From sequence record MZ475898.1: a DNA stretch of 64,000 nucleotides, one strand, 5' to 3'. A model generated the notes under the pieces. That model did not search any database. It saw nothing but the letters and a program-made list of their open reading frames with translations, and was not told the DNA's origin. This document shows, one piece after another, positions 18,301 to 27,489 of the stretch (positions are counted from its first letter, which is position 1; each line of letters begins with the position of its first letter). The translations under genes were made by a program, and so were the position numbers.

Positions 18301-18764
18301 ACATGCCATGGTACATGATGTTTGCTATCGGCTGTGTGCCGCTTTTCTTCTGCTATGTGACTATGCCGTGGTTTCGCGCTGCTGTCAAAAGACGTTTGCT
18401 GTTTAAACCACGTGATTACGATTCGGTGCAGGAGATCTTAGACACAGGCATCCCACCTGAGATCTCTATCGAATGCTTGCAGGCTAGCTATCGCAGCAAC
18501 ATGCCTGTCAAGTATGCACAACACATCGACTTCTATCCGCACAAGGAAGGCATCGTGTGTTGTCGCATGAAGTACGACGAGCAATTTCCAATCGCTCGTA
18601 TATTTAATGGTGTACTTGTCGCAAACATCGGACTGCTTGCTCTGCCTAGCAAAAAGATGCCGCGCATCACCATTAACTATTCCACTTATCAAGTCACGGA
18701 CTTTGATAGTGATAATGAGTACCTGCACATCTATCTTCAACATAAGGAAGGCAAGCATGAATAA
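18297..18764 (+). CDS. hypothetical protein with N-terminal hydrophobic segment
   Basis: 155-aa ORF. Confidence 0.7.
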   Translation: MNMPWYMMFAIGCVPLFFCYVTMPWFRAAVKRRLLFKPRDYDSVQEILDTGIPPEISIECLQASYRSNMPVKYAQHIDFYPHKEGIVCCRMKYDEQFPIARIFNGVLVANIGLLALPSKKMPRITINYSTYQVTDFDSDNEYLHIYLQHKEGKHE

Positions 18765-19809
18765 CGAATCTGCAATGATCGACGAAGACGTTCTTGAATG
18801 GCTCGAAGACCTGACCCGTCATAAGTTGCTGGACGTGATTGGCTTAATCAACAATCTGATTTTCGTCCATCGTCCTGTTCTCGATCTGCCGACTCTCGGT
18901 TCGGACGAAGATGTAGCTGCACTGTCGCACGCTGACCTGACAACGTTGTTCCGTCTGGTTGCACCAGAATGCTCTGTTGATACAAACACGCTGAGCAATC
19001 TACAACTGCTTGGGCTTATGCTCAATCAGAAAGGCGTTGTTGTGTTCTCGCTGCCAAACAACAACAGCCCGATTCTAACAGCCCGTACGTTCAACGTGCC
19101 TAATAAGCCGCAACGTTTAAACCCAGCCTCTTCTAAGGGTGAGATTGCTACTGCTGTTAGCGCGTGGTTATTCGGACTGTTCCCGCTTGAGCTACGCTCT
19201 GATCAAAACGACATGCCGCGTGAGAACGGTCTGTATCTTGCCAAAGACGAGCATGAGCAGATTCGTTTTGGGCGTTTGTTCCGTAACGGCGCAGAAGGTG
19301 ATGGCTGGACTTTCTGCGAAAGCTATTCTGATGCTACAGCTACTTACTGGCATCACAGCGATTCACCTGTGGACGACGAACTGCCTATGAGTTTGCTGCA
19401 TAGCTGGCTGCAAGTCTCCGCAACAACTTCACCAAACGAAGTGCATAACGAAAACGTCAGTGTGCTGGTAACTGACTCGCAGCGCATCTTTGCTTTCCTG
19501 CGCAGCCTGAGTCAACACGTTAAAGCTGAGCTGGTGGCCAACTTTGATGGTGTGCTTAACTCGACACATACCAGTGTTGAATCTATTGGGCGTCTGACGC
19601 GTGCTGACTGGACAGCCGCTGCCGTAGCAGTAGCAGATGATAAAGACATGAAGGACGGACTTGGCTCATGGGAAGAGCACAGCGCGTGGGATTGTTTCGT
19701 GGCTACGCTACAAAGTCTACGCTTCAATTTTGATACACGGGAATTCGACCCGATGTATGACTATGGGAAACACGACAATGAGACCGATATTGATCGAGGA
19801 GACGAATAA
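18757..19809 (+). CDS. hypothetical protein
   Basis: ATG 18757 (MNNESAM) after AAGGAAGG. Confidence 0.8.
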   Translation: MNNESAMIDEDVLEWLEDLTRHKLLDVIGLINNLIFVHRPVLDLPTLGSDEDVAALSHADLTTLFRLVAPECSVDTNTLSNLQLLGLMLNQKGVVVFSLPNNNSPILTARTFNVPNKPQRLNPASSKGEIATAVSAWLFGLFPLELRSDQNDMPRENGLYLAKDEHEQIRFGRLFRNGAEGDGWTFCESYSDATATYWHHSDSPVDDELPMSLLHSWLQVSATTSPNEVHNENVSVLVTDSQRIFAFLRSLSQHVKAELVANFDGVLNSTHTSVESIGRLTRADWTAAAVAVADDKDMKDGLGSWEEHSAWDCFVATLQSLRFNFDTREFDPMYDYGKHDNETDIDRGDE

Positions 19810-19816
19810 ACTAAGG

Positions 19817-19996
19817 ATGGCCTACGCACTGACTGCAATATTTCTATCTTGGCTTGAGCTGAGCATTGCAGTTCGGTATCTCGACTATACACAGATTTTT
19901 GATGCGCTGATCATTCTGGTTAGCGGTGTGAATCTGGTGATTGCTTTTATCTCGTCACTTGATGAGGTAGACCATATCTTTTCGTGGGAAGATTAA
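19817..19996 (+). CDS. small membrane protein
   Basis: AAGGA RBS; two hydrophobic stretches. Confidence 0.55.
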   Translation: MAYALTAIFLSWLELSIAVRYLDYTQIFDALIILVSGVNLVIAFISSLDEVDHIFSWED

Positions 19997-19997
19997 A

Positions 19998-20204
19998 ATG
20001 AAAGACATTGTGCTACACACAGCCCTTTTATTGACCATGATCGTTGTTAGCTTTTTGACTCTCCACTACATTCGCTTCCTGAGTCTGGGCTACTATATGC
20101 TGATCACTATGACAGCATTCGTACTGGCAGTCTATGCGTGCAAGCGTCTCGCAACTGCTGTCACTAAAAATCGTTTTAACAAAGTGAGAATCAATCGTGG
20201 CTAA
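19998..20204 (+). CDS. small membrane protein
   Basis: 68 aa, two hydrophobic stretches. Confidence 0.6.
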   Translation: MKDIVLHTALLLTMIVVSFLTLHYIRFLSLGYYMLITMTAFVLAVYACKRLATAVTKNRFNKVRINRG

Positions 20205-20742
20205 ATCTTTCGGTGTGTACCTGACGTTCATTCTGCGCCATCGACCGCAAGACATTGGCCTTGCAATGGACACTCAGGGCTGGGTATCAGTTCCTGACTT
20301 GCTCGAACGTGCTCAATACAAGAAGCAACCAATCACGTTAGAGATGTTGCGCGAAGAAGTTGCTACTGACGGTAAAGGCCGCTTCCAGTTCAACGCTGCC
20401 CACTCGCGCATTCGTTGTGTGCAGGGACATTCAGTTGAGCATGTGATTCTTAACCTCAAGCCGTACACGAATCACAATGACCCGCTGTATCACGGAACGG
20501 CCAGCAAGAACGTTGCGTCTATTCTTGCGCAGGGAATTCTTCGCGGTAAACGTAAACACGTCCACATCGCAACCAACACCGCTACTGCTAAGCAAGTTGG
20601 TCAGCGTCACGGTGAACCTGTTGTATTTGAGATCGACACGTATGCCATGATTACTCACGGCTACAAGTTCGAACAAGCCGAGAACGGTGTGATTCTTATC
20701 GAGCACGTCCCATCCCGATATCTAAGGTTGGTAGAGTTATGA
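20197..20742 (+). CDS. kptA: RNA 2'-phosphotransferase, Tpt1/KptA family
   Basis: ILRHRP..GL.MD.QGWV, KGRF, IRCVQGHS, LYHGT, RKHVH, VFEID, NGVIL..HVP. Confidence 0.92.
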   Translation: MAKSFGVYLTFILRHRPQDIGLAMDTQGWVSVPDLLERAQYKKQPITLEMLREEVATDGKGRFQFNAAHSRIRCVQGHSVEHVILNLKPYTNHNDPLYHGTASKNVASILAQGILRGKRKHVHIATNTATAKQVGQRHGEPVVFEIDTYAMITHGYKFEQAENGVILIEHVPSRYLRLVEL

Positions 20743-21146
20743 CTGAACAACGAATGAGTTATTGCGGTTCACGTTACATCCGTACATCTTCCGGCAGGTG
20801 GTATTTGCTTTTCGAACGAGCGGCCTGCTTGTGCATCAATCGTCATGGTACCCAGTACTGGCGAGCAGGTACGCAAGTGTGGAAAGATGTGTCCATCTCA
20901 ACTCGCGCCACTTTGGAAAACGAGTTTATCAGTCGTACCTGCAAAGATTTCAGGGAGTCGAAGTCTGCGTACAACAGATGGGGCAAGGTGATTCGTACAC
21001 TCATTCTAGGTGCAGGTACTAACGAGCATCTCCACGATTTAGCGTCTATTCTTGAGTCACTGAGACAGACGCATATAGGGCGCAAGCAACAGCAACTGCG
21101 CACTACATTGGATGAAATAGCTATTCAGTCAAGAACCACCCTATGA
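20739..21146 (+). CDS. hypothetical protein
   Basis: 135-aa ORF. Confidence 0.65.
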   Translation: MTEQRMSYCGSRYIRTSSGRWYLLFERAACLCINRHGTQYWRAGTQVWKDVSISTRATLENEFISRTCKDFRESKSAYNRWGKVIRTLILGAGTNEHLHDLASILESLRQTHIGRKQQQLRTTLDEIAIQSRTTL

Positions 21147-21152
21147 TATAAT
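21100..21152 (+). promoter_or_regulatory. Box promoter P4
   Basis: GCACTACATTGGATGAAAT, 28 nt, then TATAAT (21147) preceded by TGA. Confidence 0.7.
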
Positions 21153-21203
21153 AGCAGCGAACGCTAAACAGTCTCGTTTAGCTACTTACATGAGGATATG
21201 TAC

Positions 21204-21305
21204 ATGAATACCAACTACTGCCCGTTTCGCGCTGTGATGTACCACGCTTCAATCATCCTTCTCGCCATTTGCTCTGGCGTTGTTTTAGCCCATGCACATT
21301 TCTGA
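21204..21305 (+). CDS. 33-aa hydrophobic peptide (not in ORF track)
   Basis: GAGGA RBS; MNTNYCPFRAVMYHASIILLAICSGVVLAHAHF; first ORF after P4. Confidence 0.5.
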   Translation: MNTNYCPFRAVMYHASIILLAICSGVVLAHAHF

Positions 21306-21316
21306 GGAGAAAGATT

Positions 21317-21553
21317 ATGTCAGATCCAAAACCAAAACCAGAAGTAACAAAAGCTGATCTCCAACATCTGCTGCACGTAGCAGGTGCGTATGAAGGCAAC
21401 GACCGCCATCGCTGGTACGCAATGTTCGTCGTGCTCAAACTGAAACGTCAGATGGACGGTCAGAACCTGCCGCGCTCTTGTGCCAACATTACGCATGAGA
21501 GCCAAGACTACGAGATCGAAGAGGCTTGCTACAAGCTGGGGTATTTATCATGA
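21317..21553 (+). CDS. hypothetical protein
   Basis: ATG 21317 after hairpin SD. Confidence 0.75.
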   Translation: MSDPKPKPEVTKADLQHLLHVAGAYEGNDRHRWYAMFVVLKLKRQMDGQNLPRSCANITHESQDYEIEEACYKLGYLS

Positions 21554-21915
21554 AAGAGCGCCGTAACTATTACTGGGATAGCCCGTTCTATTACGGGCTG
21601 ATACTCTGGCGTAAGCGTATGCGCAATGTCGTGCTGTTTCTGATTGCTATCTTAATCTATCATGGCACGCACGCACCCGTAGTTGAGAACATGTGGATGT
21701 GGACAGGCACTATCTTCGGCATTCTCTTTCTCGTCTGCTATATCAAGATGTGGGAATACGAGCGCATGATTCTCGAAGCTATGGGGCCGCTGAATAATAA
21801 CTGCGTTATCGGTGCTCTTAACTTTGAGAGTCTTGAGCGCCGCCATGCTGTTTGGTATCGGAAGAAATTTAAATCCGAACCACCTAAGACTAACACGTAT
21901 TCGAGGGAAAACTAA
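21550..21915 (+). CDS. putative membrane protein
   Basis: Two hydrophobic segments; ATGA overlap. Confidence 0.7.
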   Translation: MKERRNYYWDSPFYYGLILWRKRMRNVVLFLIAILIYHGTHAPVVENMWMWTGTIFGILFLVCYIKMWEYERMILEAMGPLNNNCVIGALNFESLERRHAVWYRKKFKSEPPKTNTYSREN

Positions 21916-22277
21916 TGCCACGTATGTTCACACAGACTCATCGCAACAAATATAAACTGACCGAAGCTGATGCAGACTATCACGGTGATGCCTGCGAAGC
22001 TGTCTATCTTGAAGGTATGGAGTTGCTCAAAGAGCTTCACTATCTGAAAGGGCTTCTGCATGATCGTCACATTGCAGAAAAGCCGATGCCCATTCCTCCT
22101 GAGTCTAAGCGTTGGTCAAAGTGGATGGCTTGCACGAAAATGTCACAGCTTGATGTGCGCTCCACTGACCGTCTGCGCAAGCGCTATCGTCGTGTCATGG
22201 AAGAACTCAAGATTGCCCGCGTATCTTATACGCTGCTGCACACGGCACGACATGCACCGGCGGTTGAGGTTAAGTAA
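21915..22277 (+). CDS. hypothetical protein
   Basis: 120-aa ORF, TAATG overlap. Confidence 0.75.
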   Translation: MPRMFTQTHRNKYKLTEADADYHGDACEAVYLEGMELLKELHYLKGLLHDRHIAEKPMPIPPESKRWSKWMACTKMSQLDVRSTDRLRKRYRRVMEELKIARVSYTLLHTARHAPAVEVK

Positions 22278-22558
22278 TGCAGTTTACTTCAAAAGAAGAA
22301 ATAGACGAAACGTATGCAATGGTTGTTCATGCCATGCTGGCCGCCCTTGTGCCTGATGATACTCGCACAAAAGACCAACGCGTTCTCGACTACGTGGCGA
22401 AGCACTTAGCGCCCAATAACATTTTTGACAGGGACCTGTTTAGCATTTCATTTGAACATCGGTTCAAGTTTCAAACAACACACAGGATGATGCGCAACGC
22501 TAAAGTGAGCGGCGCACCTTTTCTATATCTAAAGCAGGCTCATAGCCTAAAGAATTGA
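22277..22558 (+). CDS. hypothetical protein
   Basis: 93-aa ORF, TAATG overlap, GAGG RBS. Confidence 0.7.
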   Translation: MQFTSKEEIDETYAMVVHAMLAALVPDDTRTKDQRVLDYVAKHLAPNNIFDRDLFSISFEHRFKFQTTHRMMRNAKVSGAPFLYLKQAHSLKN

Positions 22559-22568
22559 GGTTAGTATC

Positions 22569-22832
22569 ATGGCAGTAGGTTTCGCCAAAGATGATGACGT
22601 GTCCAACACCGTCGAAACAAACGTGCTGAATGAAATCGACCGCGCTCGTTCTGAGTTGCGTGGCGCTGGTAGTTCGCACTGTATCAACCCTGACTGTGGT
22701 GCAGAGATTCCCCTCATGCGCCGTGTAGCAATGCCGAACGCTCGCTACTGCGTTAGCTGTCAAGCACACCATGATGGTACGCCTACTGTTGGCTACAATC
22801 GTCGTGGTTCCAAAGATTCTCAACTGAGGTAG
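22569..22832 (+). CDS. TraR/DksA C4-type zinc-finger protein, YbiI-like
   Basis: C..PDCGAEIP..RR.AMPNARYCVSCQ; C-terminus GYNRRGSKDSQLR as in enterobacterial YbiI (from memory). Confidence 0.88.
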   Translation: MAVGFAKDDDVSNTVETNVLNEIDRARSELRGAGSSHCINPDCGAEIPLMRRVAMPNARYCVSCQAHHDGTPTVGYNRRGSKDSQLR

Positions 22833-22837
22833 AAACT

Positions 22838-23146
22838 ATGTTAAGCAAACTTTTGGCTGCCTTAGGGATAACTTATCCGTCAGTCGATAGCGCCCTACTC
22901 AAGAATGCAAAGTGTGTGCGTATAGGTCAGGACGGCTACTGCATTCGCTCTGCTTCTGGTTTTGCAGAAGCACTTACCCATCATATGGCCCGAGACTATG
23001 TTACTTTGGCTTCTGACACTGAGGCTAGAAAGAAGATTGTCGACCGAGCACAGTCTTTGACATACCCATGCGTTGTTTGGTTCACTGGTCATGATTTTAA
23101 TTCTATGTCTGTGGATGATCCAAACATGACCTACCCGGTACAATAG
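22838..23146 (+). CDS. hypothetical protein
   Basis: 102-aa ORF, GAGG RBS. Confidence 0.7.
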   Translation: MLSKLLAALGITYPSVDSALLKNAKCVRIGQDGYCIRSASGFAEALTHHMARDYVTLASDTEARKKIVDRAQSLTYPCVVWFTGHDFNSMSVDDPNMTYPVQ

Positions 23147-23165
23147 AAAACACGTGGAGAATAAA

Positions 23166-23306
23166 ATGTCCGAACCAGACAGAGAGAATGAAACACCTTG
23201 TGTGCGATGCACCAAGCCCACACCTGTTGTTGACTTGGGCGGCCCGTACGGTGATTTGTGTGATGACTGCGTAACGCTGATGCGTGAAGAACAGGAGGAA
23301 GAATGA
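23166..23306 (+). CDS. 46-aa CxxC..CxxC zinc-finger peptide (not in ORF track)
   Basis: GGAG RBS; MSEPDRENETPCVRCTKPTPVVDLGGPYGDLCDDCVTLMREEQEEE; stop overlaps the next ATG. Confidence 0.65.
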   Translation: MSEPDRENETPCVRCTKPTPVVDLGGPYGDLCDDCVTLMREEQEEE

Positions 23307-23485
23307 AACTGTCCGAATCTGAATTAGAGTCTTTGCGTTTTCGTATGCGTCTGCGTGAGCAACCCAAGCCGATGCCTGACACGCACAAAATGCCAGACAA
23401 AAAGTTTGACAGTCATAAGCTGGACAAGTCCACTGATATGACGCTCGGCGATGTTCGCCACCACTTCCCTCCAAAAGGAAATTGA
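23303..23485 (+). CDS. hypothetical protein
   Basis: 60-aa ORF, GGAGG RBS. Confidence 0.65.
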   Translation: MKLSESELESLRFRMRLREQPKPMPDTHKMPDKKFDSHKLDKSTDMTLGDVRHHFPPKGN

Positions 23486-23486
23486 A

Positions 23487-23819
23487 ATGGAAGAGATTCT
23501 TGATGTTGACAGCAAGATGTATGCTGTCTATGACGGTCACGTTGTTACCAACTATCATCATGAAGGTAGCGGCGTGATGTACATCGAAGACAGCTTCTGG
23601 TTGAGTTTGAATCTGCGCGACGATCTTTTCCCTGCGCCGCCAACTCGTTTGGCGCATTACAAAAATGTACACACGCGTTCTATTGATCGCGTTCGTGTTA
23701 GCACCATTCAAGATATACGCGAATCTTTGTATAAGGTTCGTCACTATATTCGTTGGTTCGAGTATATCTCCGAAGATAAGCTGCAAGGTTTGCAGCACCT
23801 GTTACGCGAACCTGATTAA
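23487..23819 (+). CDS. hypothetical protein
   Basis: ATG 23487 after AAGGA. Confidence 0.7.
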   Translation: MEEILDVDSKMYAVYDGHVVTNYHHEGSGVMYIEDSFWLSLNLRDDLFPAPPTRLAHYKNVHTRSIDRVRVSTIQDIRESLYKVRHYIRWFEYISEDKLQGLQHLLREPD

Positions 23820-23916
23820 AGGTAACGCTCATGTGTCTGCTAGTCAATTTCCTCAAGGACGAGGGTACGATGCGTATCTGTAAACGTTTACAACAACCCA
23901 ACTAAAGGTAGCGATC

Positions 23917-24282
23917 ATGATTTCTCGAATCAGTAATCTCCTCTTTGCCGAATCAATGTCCGTTGAGCAGTTAGCGCAGGCATTGCGTATTCAAAACTTC
24001 AACGCGACTGTTCGTGGTGAGTTCAAGTTGGTTGCTGGCACTAACTCCAGTGGCTATATCACTTCTGCACTGTCAAGTCCTGTCGAAGTGCTGCGCGACC
24101 TGAAAGGCGTTCAGACTTTGAAAGATGCAGGCTTCTCTGACCCTGACATTGCACTCGCTCTCGGCATCGACCGTTTGCGTCTCAAGAAAGTTTATAACGA
24201 GGCACGCAAGAGCAACAAGAAGCCTGTTGCGCCTGCTCCAGTGCAGCGTACCTCTAAAGCAATTTCACTCGACGATCTGTAA
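23917..24282 (+). CDS. hypothetical protein with C-terminal HTH-like segment
   Basis: LKDAGFSDPDIALALGIDRLRLKKVY. Confidence 0.7.
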   Translation: MISRISNLLFAESMSVEQLAQALRIQNFNATVRGEFKLVAGTNSSGYITSALSSPVEVLRDLKGVQTLKDAGFSDPDIALALGIDRLRLKKVYNEARKSNKKPVAPAPVQRTSKAISLDDL

Positions 24283-24292
24283 GGAAACAATC

Positions 24293-24997
24293 ATGACAAG
24301 TAAATTTGAAAAGTCGGATGCATCTACTCGCCGCGCCGAACTGCTGGTGCTGATGTGTGAGATCTATACGTCACTGCGTGACCAGTCGTTGTCTGAGTCA
24401 GAGACAAAAGCCTTTGCGTTGTTCAAAGACATTATGGATTTGGCTGACGTGCGTACAGTCGATGCCGTGTTCTCTGAAATCGAGCACGAGCTGGACCCTA
24501 AAGTTGAAGGTCTGCTGAATTATGTCCACAGAACGTTTATGCTGCATGACACTCTGTGCAAAGCTGAGGCAGAAGCCGCAGCAAAGCTCAAAGCCGAGGA
24601 AGCGCGTGAGCATGTACGCAAACACACGTACAAACCTCCTGTGGAAAAGCTCATTAGTAAAGAGCAGATTACCGAACTGTGTGCAGGCCTGACTGCATAC
24701 GTTGGGCGCGAAGATGTTCGACCTAAAGTCAACGTCGATCTTATCGATGATATTCTCGAATCATTGGATAAGAACTACACGTTCATCGATACGCTCGATC
24801 TTTCCAGTCACCTTGAAGGTGAAGATCTGAAAACTGCCGTCAAGCTGATTGAAGACGCAGTGACCGAGAGTCACCAACCATTGAAAGAAGTCATGGACAC
24901 TATCTGGTGCCACATGGCTAAACGCGATTTGCCTGCCGTTGACTTCTTTGACCAATACGGCAATGCCGAAGATGAGAACTATGCACTTGCACCTTAA
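24293..24997 (+). CDS. hypothetical protein
   Basis: ATG 24293 after AAGGA. Confidence 0.8.
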   Translation: MTSKFEKSDASTRRAELLVLMCEIYTSLRDQSLSESETKAFALFKDIMDLADVRTVDAVFSEIEHELDPKVEGLLNYVHRTFMLHDTLCKAEAEAAAKLKAEEAREHVRKHTYKPPVEKLISKEQITELCAGLTAYVGREDVRPKVNVDLIDDILESLDKNYTFIDTLDLSSHLEGEDLKTAVKLIEDAVTESHQPLKEVMDTIWCHMAKRDLPAVDFFDQYGNAEDENYALAP

Positions 24998-25178
24998 ACG
25001 TTATTGGCGGGCACTCATTGTATTGCTCGTCGTTTTCATCATTAGTTGTTTGCTGCCCATTCTTGAAGTGCGCAACCCAACACTGACTCTTATCGTAGTC
25101 GTGATTGTTGCCTGCTACTTCATTGCAGTCTGGGCATACAAACCTGTTAAAGCAATTAAGGAAGAGTTGGATGACTAG
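24981..25178 (+). CDS. small two-TM membrane protein
   Basis: Two strongly hydrophobic helices. Confidence 0.6.
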   Translation: MHLHLKRYWRALIVLLVVFIISCLLPILEVRNPTLTLIVVVIVACYFIAVWAYKPVKAIKEELDD

Positions 25179-25728
25179 TCGTAAGAACGAAGTCAAGTTG
25201 ACTGACGCTGAGGTAGCCGCAGGCGCACGGCAGATACTTGAGATGCTGGTGAGTATGCGTCTCAGTGCGCATCATCAGGATGTCGGCTATGAAACGCTGT
25301 ACACCGATTCTCTGGGTGAGACGCAGGGCGGTTGGTATGTAGCATTCGACAGCTTGAGCCGTGCTCGACTCAAAGAATCCAAAGCTGTGTCGTGGCGCAA
25401 CGTCGGTATGGTCTCTGGTGATTCGCTAGAAGATGTTCTCACAACGCTGCGAACTCTCCGCCGAGATATGTCCAATCGCGTACATGCGCCCACACCAGAA
25501 GAGCGTGAGCGTGTACTCAACTTGCGTGATAGCAACATACGCAACGCACTGACTAAGTTCCACAAGGGTGAGTCGCTGTCTGACGGTGAACTCAACCTGA
25601 GCATTAAGCATTTTCAGTCGTTAGAGAATGCGCTTCGCGTAGATGAGTTGTTGCAACTTGCAGCACCCTACATTACTCAGAATCTCAACGTGCTCTTAGG
25701 ATATAAAGAAGCACGCCGTCGCAAATAA
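25171..25728 (+). CDS. hypothetical protein
   Basis: ATG 25171 after AAGGAAG. Confidence 0.75.
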   Translation: MTSRKNEVKLTDAEVAAGARQILEMLVSMRLSAHHQDVGYETLYTDSLGETQGGWYVAFDSLSRARLKESKAVSWRNVGMVSGDSLEDVLTTLRTLRRDMSNRVHAPTPEERERVLNLRDSNIRNALTKFHKGESLSDGELNLSIKHFQSLENALRVDELLQLAAPYITQNLNVLLGYKEARRRK

Positions 25729-25733
25729 CAATC

Positions 25734-25764
25734 GGGAGATCCCTAACAAGGGGTTTCCCTTTTT
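25734..25764 (+). terminator. Rho-independent terminator
   Basis: GGGAGATCCC-TAACAA-GGGGTTTCCC followed by TTTTT. Confidence 0.75.
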
Positions 25765-25784
25765 GCATTTCTGGAGCAAATTTT

Positions 25785-26765
25785 ATGCGTTTTGGTTTCG
25801 CCTGCAAACTGCTTGATGACAACGGTAAGCAACCGTACACGAACAAGAGCCTGAGCTATGCTCACTTCTCCAAGCTGTCTCAGACAGAGCAGCAAGAAAA
25901 GCTGGTGCTCGTCGTCACACACAATCTGACCTCGTTGCTTGAGATGATCAGACACGTTGGCCGTCTGCGCACCGACTTGCGTATGTTTCGAATCACAAGC
26001 GAACTACTTCCGCTGTTCACGCACCCGATGGTAACGCGTATGTATCTCCAAACACACATGACCAAACTGACCGACACGATGTTGGCGACATGTGGTGCAG
26101 CGGCTAGACGTCTTGGTGTTCGACTGTCATTCCACCCAGGTCAGTTTACCGTGCTTGCGTCTGACCGACCTGACGTTATGCTCAACTCGATTAACGAAAT
26201 GGAGTATCACGCCTACTGTGCGCAGGCTATGGGCTACGGTCGTAAGTTCCAAGATTTCAAAATCAACATTCACCTGAGCGGTCGTCGTGGTTCCGCAGGT
26301 TTCAGAGACGCCTACTCTCGTCTAAGCGATCATTGCCGCAAGATGATCACGGTAGAAAACGATGAGTACACTTCCTCGATCGAGGATTGTCTTGAGCTTG
26401 CCGACATTTGTCCTATCGTTCTCGACATTCACCATCACTGGGTAATGACTAACGAATACATTCAGCCAACCGATGATCGTGTTCAACGTGTCATTGACTC
26501 GTGGCGCGGCGTTCGTCCTGTTGCGCATTACTCTGTGTCTCGCCCAGAGTTCATACCATCTACAGGTCTGCCTGATCAGAACAAGATAGAAGCAAAGTCT
26601 GCCTCGCTGCGTGCTCATTCTGACTACTACCACAACGACAGCGTAAACGAGTGGGCCCTCAGCTTCGAGCAATTCGACCTGATGTGCGAGTCTAAAGCGA
26701 AGAATCTAGCACGCACGAAACTAGCCCTTTTTAAGGGCAACTCTGCACAAATATGGTCAAAATAA
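25785..26765 (+). CDS. uvsE: UV-damage endonuclease (UvsE/UvdE)
   Basis: RFGFACK, MFRITSELLP, RLSFHPGQFTVLAS, INIH, TVENDE, VLDIHHHW, HYS, AHSDY, MCESKAKNLA. Confidence 0.93.
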   Translation: MRFGFACKLLDDNGKQPYTNKSLSYAHFSKLSQTEQQEKLVLVVTHNLTSLLEMIRHVGRLRTDLRMFRITSELLPLFTHPMVTRMYLQTHMTKLTDTMLATCGAAARRLGVRLSFHPGQFTVLASDRPDVMLNSINEMEYHAYCAQAMGYGRKFQDFKINIHLSGRRGSAGFRDAYSRLSDHCRKMITVENDEYTSSIEDCLELADICPIVLDIHHHWVMTNEYIQPTDDRVQRVIDSWRGVRPVAHYSVSRPEFIPSTGLPDQNKIEAKSASLRAHSDYYHNDSVNEWALSFEQFDLMCESKAKNLARTKLALFKGNSAQIWSK

Positions 26766-26798
26766 GGCTTGTTTTAGAAGGTGCCCCTATGATACACT
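26745..26798 (+). promoter_or_regulatory. Box promoter P5
   Basis: GCACAAATATGGTCAAAAT, 29 nt, then TACACT (26793) preceded by TGA. Confidence 0.75.
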
Positions 26799-26849
26799 GA
26801 TTACGAGCACTGTATGCTCGTTTCTACTGATTCAAGAGGATAAGACAAT

Positions 26850-27146
26850 ATGTTCATTACAACTCTAAACGCAAACACTGCGAAATCTGCACCGAAAGCA
26901 ATTAACCACATGAACCTCGACCTTGCACCTTCTGGTCGCATTTCTTGTGTCTGGCCGGGCGCACTCGATGTTCCTGCGAACATTAAACGTTTCTGCCGTG
27001 CTTGTGAAATCATTACCGACCTTGACCCATGTATGCGTCTTCGTTTCAAAGGTCGTCGCTCTGACGTTCTGGCGCTCATTACCAAGATCGCTCCTGACAA
27101 CCCTGACCTCGCAGCGCGAATTGCGGGCACTATCACTGAGGCTTAA
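26850..27146 (+). CDS. hypothetical protein
   Basis: 98-aa ORF, GAGGA RBS, after P5. Confidence 0.8.
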   Translation: MFITTLNANTAKSAPKAINHMNLDLAPSGRISCVWPGALDVPANIKRFCRACEIITDLDPCMRLRFKGRRSDVLALITKIAPDNPDLAARIAGTITEA

Positions 27147-27147
27147 A

Positions 27148-27411
27148 ATGAAAATCCCCTGTTTGAATGCTGTGTATGGTATTACGAACACCAATACTCC
27201 ACTCGTGGATAAACGCGGCTTTCGTTGTGTTGAATCGAAATATGTTGACGGAACGGAGGTTAGATTACAACGACAAGCCCATGACATTCATGAACGTGTG
27301 GTAGTGGCCTATGACCAGTATGGTCGTGCAGTGTATGGAACACTGACTCCGCCCGCATCGTTCGAAGTGCGTGACAGCAAGGAAAGCGACCAATATAACA
27401 AGGCGCCCTAG
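27148..27411 (+). CDS. hypothetical protein
   Basis: ATG 27148 after GAGG. Confidence 0.6.
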   Translation: MKIPCLNAVYGITNTNTPLVDKRGFRCVESKYVDGTEVRLQRQAHDIHERVVVAYDQYGRAVYGTLTPPASFEVRDSKESDQYNKAP

Positions 27412-27489
27412 CAAGCTCACAACGAAGCCATAGAATGAATACTAAGAAGTCTAACAATTCATGCGCTGACCTAATCGTGGGGTGTCAAA

